In this document: in pieces, positions 55,225 to 64,000 of the stretch | Position numbering within the stretch: position 1 is the first letter of the stretch | Layout: every line of letters starts with the position of its first letter | Assembly (NCBI GenBank): GCA_000004695.1 | Contig: CM000151.3 | Location: 6,592,001 to 6,656,000, forward strand | Source of the DNA: Dictyostelium discoideum | Taxonomy: Eukaryota | Length of the DNA: 64,000 nt | Reading direction: 5' to 3' | Made by a program: the position numbers and the translations under genes | Notes under the pieces: model-generated | Database searches by the model: none | The model's input: only the letters and a program-made list of their open reading frames with translations | Told to the model about the DNA's origin: nothing

Positions 55225-56009
55225 TTTGATGAAATTTGTAAATATTTATTTAAAATTTATAAGTTGATATTATAAAATTATAAAATTATTACACATCGAT
55301 CGAAACCCTATGATACTATTATCGGCATATTTTTTAAATGAGATACACATTTTGGATATTAAATCAAAGCTCTCTTTATTTTAATTGGAAGAGACTCTTT
55401 TGGAAAAAAAATTTGGGAATTAAACAAAAGTCCTCTTTAAATTGGGTGAAAAATGGATAAATTGAAAAAAAAAAAAAAACAATTGAGTTTTATGGCAAAA
55501 GTCTTGATTAAAAAAAAAAATAGTGACAAACTTAAAGATCTTTTTGGTAGTGAGATATTAAATTTTTTTTTTTGTTTTTTTTAAATTTTCCTTTTTATTT
55601 TAACTTTTCCAAAAATTTGGTTATTTTTTTTTTTTTGTTCCTCCAAAAAAAGATTTTTTAATTGAAAAAAAAAAAATTTTCAAAAAAAAAAAAATAAAAA
55701 TAAAAATAAAATAAAATAAAATAAAAAAAAAAAATAAAAAAAAAAAAAAAAAGAAAACAAAAACAAAAACAAAAACAAAAATTTTAAATACTGTTTTAAT
55801 CAGTTAATCTAAGAGTAAAACATAAAAAAAAAAAAAAATAAAAACAAAATAAAATAAAAACAAAAAAAAAGAAAAGAAAAAAAAAAAAAAAAGAATTTTT
55901 TAAAAAAGAAAATTTCCTCTTAGATGAAATAATATTATAATAATAACAATCAGTTTTGTTTGAATAAATAAAAATAAAAAAAATAAAATTTATGTTTTTA
56001 AATTTTTAT

Positions 56010-56058
<49 letters not shown>

Positions 56059-56063
56059 AAAAT

Positions 56064-59000
56064 ATGGCAACAAGTTGTAATATTAGAGTAATGTGTAGGT
56101 TTAGACCACTAAATGAAAGGGAGAAAGCATTAAAAGAGAATCAAACCTGTGTTACATTTCCTGATGAAACACAAGTTATAGTTTCAGGTCAACCATTTAC
56201 ATTTGATAGAGTATTTACACCAGAATCAACACAAAAAGAAGTTTTTGAATCTGTTAAAGATACAATTCATGATGTATTACTTGGTTATAATGGTACACTT
56301 TTAGCATATGGTCAAACAGGTAAATATTTATAATAATAATAATAATAATAATAAGTATAACTTTTTGTATGCACACATATTAATATTTACAAATTATTAA
56401 GGTTCTGGTAAAACATTTACAATGGGATCAGCAGCAGCAGAATCTGATTTTGAAAATGTTGAGCAGTTAGGTATTATACCAAGGGGTAATCATTTAATTT
56501 TTAATACAATTGCAGAAGAAAGTGATGGAAATGCAGAATTTACAATTAAATGTTCATAGTAAATATAAATCAATTTATTATTATTATTATTTTTTTTTTT
56601 TTAAAAAAAAAATAAGTTATTAATTAATTTTTAAATTTTTTTTATTTATATTATTTTGATATTAATAGTTTAGAAATTTATATGGAAAATATTCAAGATT
56701 TATTAAATCCAAAAAATAATAAACAATTGAAAATACGTGAATCAAAATCACAAGGTATATATGTTGAAGGATTGACAGAGGAGTATGTAGCAAGTGAAGA
56801 GGATATTATGGAATTGATTCAAGTTGGTGAATCGTCACGTTCAGTTGCAAAAACCAATATGAATCAAAGATCATCACGTTCACATAGTATATTGATTATA
56901 GCGATTGAACAAAAGAGTTCAGATGGTAGTAAGAAAAGGGGTAAATTAAATTTAGTGGATTTGGCAGGCTCTGAAAAAGTTAGTAAAACTGGTGCAGAGG
57001 GTATAGTTTTAGAACAAGCTAAAAAGATAAACCAATCTCTATCATTATTGGGAAATTGTATTCATGCATTGACAGATTCAAAACGTGAGCATATACCATT
57101 TCGTGATTCAAAACTCACAAGATTATTACAAGATTCATTGGGTGGTAATACTAAAACAACATTATTAGTAACTGCTTCACCACATTTTAACAATGTTGAT
57201 GAAACTATTTCAACACTTAAATTTGGTGCTCGTGCAAAGTCAATCAAAAATAATGTTAAAGTGAATCAAGAGAAAAGTGCTGCCGAATTACAAATCATTG
57301 TGAATGCTCTAACAAAAGAATTATCAATTTTAAAAGTTTATTCAATATCTTTAGAAAATTTAGTAAATTATTTTAAATCTTCATCATATCAACCTGGTAA
57401 TCCAATACCAAAAGAATTGGAACCAAATAAACAAAATTTATTATTATTACAACAACAATCAAATAGTAGTAGTGGTGGTGGTGGTAGTGGTAGTAGTGGA
57501 GGAAGTAGTAATGGTAGTTTAATGATGAAACCTAGATCAACAACACCAACACCACCATCAATTAATAGACCACATTCATCAGCATCAACACATAGACATT
57601 CAATTGCAATTACTGGCACACATAGTAAAGAGGGTAGTGGTGGTGGATTAACATCATCAATTTCATCATCATCAATTTCATCAATGTCATCATTATCATC
57701 ATCAATTGATAATGATTATAATGGTTCATCATTGGATGATAGTAATGGTAGTAATGGATTATTTAATCCATTGGCAATTGTTGAAATGTCAATTGAAATG
57801 GAGAAAATGAAAGAGGATACTCAATTATTGATTGAAAAGTTTAAAGATGAAATATCAGAGATTACAATTCAATATCAATCAACTCAAGAGGAATTAAATC
57901 AATGTCGTCAACAATTGGATCAAATTAAAGAACAGCTTGAACAACAACGTTCACAATTCATTAAAGAACAATCTCTATTAAAAGAGAGTGAACGTAATGC
58001 AACACTTGATTCAACTTCAAAAGATTTGAAAATTCAATCCCTAATTAGCAAAATTGAGGATTTACGTCTATTGGCCTCACAAGTTATACAATATTTAGAG
58101 AGAAAAAGATTATCAGATGATTTTGATATTGGTATTTTTATGGGTTCTCAAGATGGTGCAAATGGTGATTCTGCCAATATGTTCTCTTTAATTTCAAACT
58201 CTATCGATCAAGGTACCTATGAAGATGATGTAAACATTGAGGATATTATACGTTATCTATCAGAGGAAGAGGTTTTAACAATGCAAGTTAAATTACAATT
58301 ACAAAATAAAGTTCATCAATTGGAACAAAAAATTCAACAATTGGTGTCTGATTTAAATACAACTGAAATTAATTATAATCAATCAATATTACAATGTCAA
58401 AAATTTGAATCTGAAAATTCATTAATTAAACGTAAATTTAAATCAATGTTTTCATCTTCAAATAATAATAATAATAATAATAACAGTCCACCATCTTCAC
58501 CTTCTTCAAAACTATTAATTCAATCATCAAATAATAATAATAATTTTGATTCAAATTTAAATTCATCATCATTATCATCATCATTACCATCATCAAATGG
58601 TATTGAACAAGATCAACAAGTTGATCATCAAGTTGATCATCAAGTTGAAAATGATCATTTGGTTAATGATGAAGATAATAAATTATTGGATGAAAATTCA
58701 AAACTTAAAGAAAATGAATTAAAATTATTATTAGAAATAAAGAATCTTAAATTACAATCTGAAAAGAGTAATGATGAAACTTTGAAATGGAAAGATGAAT
58801 TATCAATTAAATCTGCACTTTATCAAAATCAAATTTTAAATCTTCAAAATGAAAATCAATCATTATCAAATAAATTAAATGTAGAGAAACAACAAAAACA
58901 ATCTTCACAATCACAACAAATTGAATTGTATGTATATATATTTATTTTTTAATTTTTAATATTAATATATCAAAACTAATTTTTTTTTTTTTTATTATTT

Positions 59001-59339
59001 TTATTTTCTTTCCTTTATTTTTTTTTTTAAAAAAAAAGTGCCACAAAATTAAATGATTTAATTAAATCATCAGAAGATGATAAAGAATTGTATAGAAATG
59101 AAAAGAATCAAATGGAACTTGAAATTGCAAGTTTGAAAGCATCTTTAGATGAAATGGATTTAAAGAATAAAGAACTTCAAGATCAATTAATTTCAACTCA
59201 AAGATTAATTGGTGCTAGAAGAGTTGTTAAAATCGTAAGAGGTGGTGCTGATTCTATGAAAACTGCTTTGGCCACAAAGGAAGTTTTTGGTCAATTCACT
59301 TTAAGAAAAACTGAAAATAGTAAAACACTTTTTCAATAA
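56064..59339 (+). CDS. kif5: kinesin-1 (conventional kinesin heavy chain) homolog, spliced length exactly 990 aa; four exons, join(56064..56319, 56402..56558, 56669..58927, 59039..59339)
   Basis: The motor domain is split by two introns (donors GTAAAT, acceptors TTAAG/AATAG). It is MATSCNIRVMCRFRPLNEREK...GYNGTLLAYGQTG|SGKTFTMG...FTIKCS|YLEIYMENIQDLL...SSRSHSILIIAIEQ...LVDLAGSEK, which follows human KIF5B near-collinearly. A third intron (GTATGT 58928, acceptor AAAAAG 59037-38) joins the coiled-coil stalk to a 100-aa tail exon ending ...RKTENSKTLFQ. The total is 2973 nt, giving 990 aa, which matches my recollection of Dictyostelium Kif5. Confidence 0.75.
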
Positions 59340-59357
59340 TTAAATAAATATATACAC

Positions 59358-59463
<106 letters not shown>

Positions 59464-59825
59464 TAAAAAAATAAAAAAAAAAACAAATATAAGAATTAAT
59501 TTATTATAAAAAAAAAATATTACCACTACTATTTTAAAAAAGTGAAATTCAACATTATTAAAAAACCAAATAACAAGAAAGTAAATTTGAAACTTTAAAT
59601 TCAATGTTGAGTAACTTTTCACCAAAAAATAATTTTCTTCCCTTCATATTAATATTAAATATTTTTTTTTTTATCAATTTTCTTTTTCATGTTCGTTTTA
59701 TTTGAAAATTGATTCAACCAAAAAAAAAAAAAAAACTGATAAAAGTAGGTTACCCCATTTTTAAAATCTCAAAAATCTTTTTTTTTTTTTTTTTTTTTTT
59801 TTTTTATTAATTTTTTTTGAAATCT

Positions 59826-59863
<38 letters not shown>

Positions 59864-59957
59864 AAAATCATTAAAAATAAAATCAAATGTTTCTTTTGGA
59901 ATCAAAAATAAAAAAAAACCAACAAAACTATATATTTATGTAACTCTTCATTTCAAA

Positions 59958-63821
<3,864 letters not shown>

Positions 63822-64000
63822 AAAAATCAATAAAATAAAAATTTGTAGAATTCTTTATATATGTATTATAAATAAATAAATAAAACTTTTTTATTTTGTT
63901 TATTATTATTATTATTATTATTATAATTTAATTTTTAGGGAATAATCCAACAACACCATATTTATTTAAATCAGTTAAAGTTGATAAAAATGCTTCTTTA

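Noticed and set aside
59817-59957. Track start of the last gene at TTG 59817 (MKSAKKKKKKKKKK)
   Set aside because: It reads through a 32-nt poly(A) leader. The first ATG with gene-like context is at 59958.
63901-64000. Possible start of another gene at the window end (…TTAAAGTTGATAAAAATGCTTCTTTA)
   Set aside because: Too short to evaluate, and it runs off the window.

Overview
The window is almost certainly Dictyostelium discoideum (social amoeba) nuclear DNA. It is about 75-80% AT, has long homopolymer and (AAT)n/(CAA)n tracts (including inside coding sequence as poly-Asn/poly-Gln), short AT-rich GT..AG introns, and tRNA genes with downstream external B boxes. I call about 20 protein-coding genes. 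The ones with a recognisable identity are: a UTP13/TBL3 WD40 ribosome-biogenesis gene (4 exons); a heterotrimeric G-protein alpha subunit (2 exons, very likely gpaB/Galpha2) followed upstream by a ~7 kb gene desert with G-box-like elements; a kinesin-1 heavy chain whose spliced length is exactly 990 aa (consistent with kif5); an aldehyde dehydrogenase; a Nudix hydrolase; a 2OG-Fe(II) oxygenase with a 6-nt first exon; a histone H2B-fold protein with a long tail and a possible C-terminal tail-anchor exon; a B-box/Sel1-repeat protein; two large type I membrane glycoproteins with EGF-like modules; and a tandem pair of secreted Cys-rich paralogs. The most structured non-genic feature is a tRNA-gene cluster at 48.4-55.2 kb. 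It has two identical inverted tRNA-Arg(UCU)-like genes and a tRNA-Leu(UAA)-like gene, each with a downstream external B box. It also holds a ~5.3 kb non-LTR retrotransposon of the TRE3 (tRNA-gene-targeted) type, flanked by an 11-bp target-site duplication, with an overlapping UAAUG ORF1/ORF2 junction, an in-frame TGA inside the endonuclease domain, a tandemly duplicated 3' end, and an older degenerate TRE fragment next to it. All coordinates and splice sites were worked out by eye, and the ORF track evidently allows TTG starts. Exon boundaries may be off by a few nt, and product assignments rest on remembered motif similarity, not on searches.
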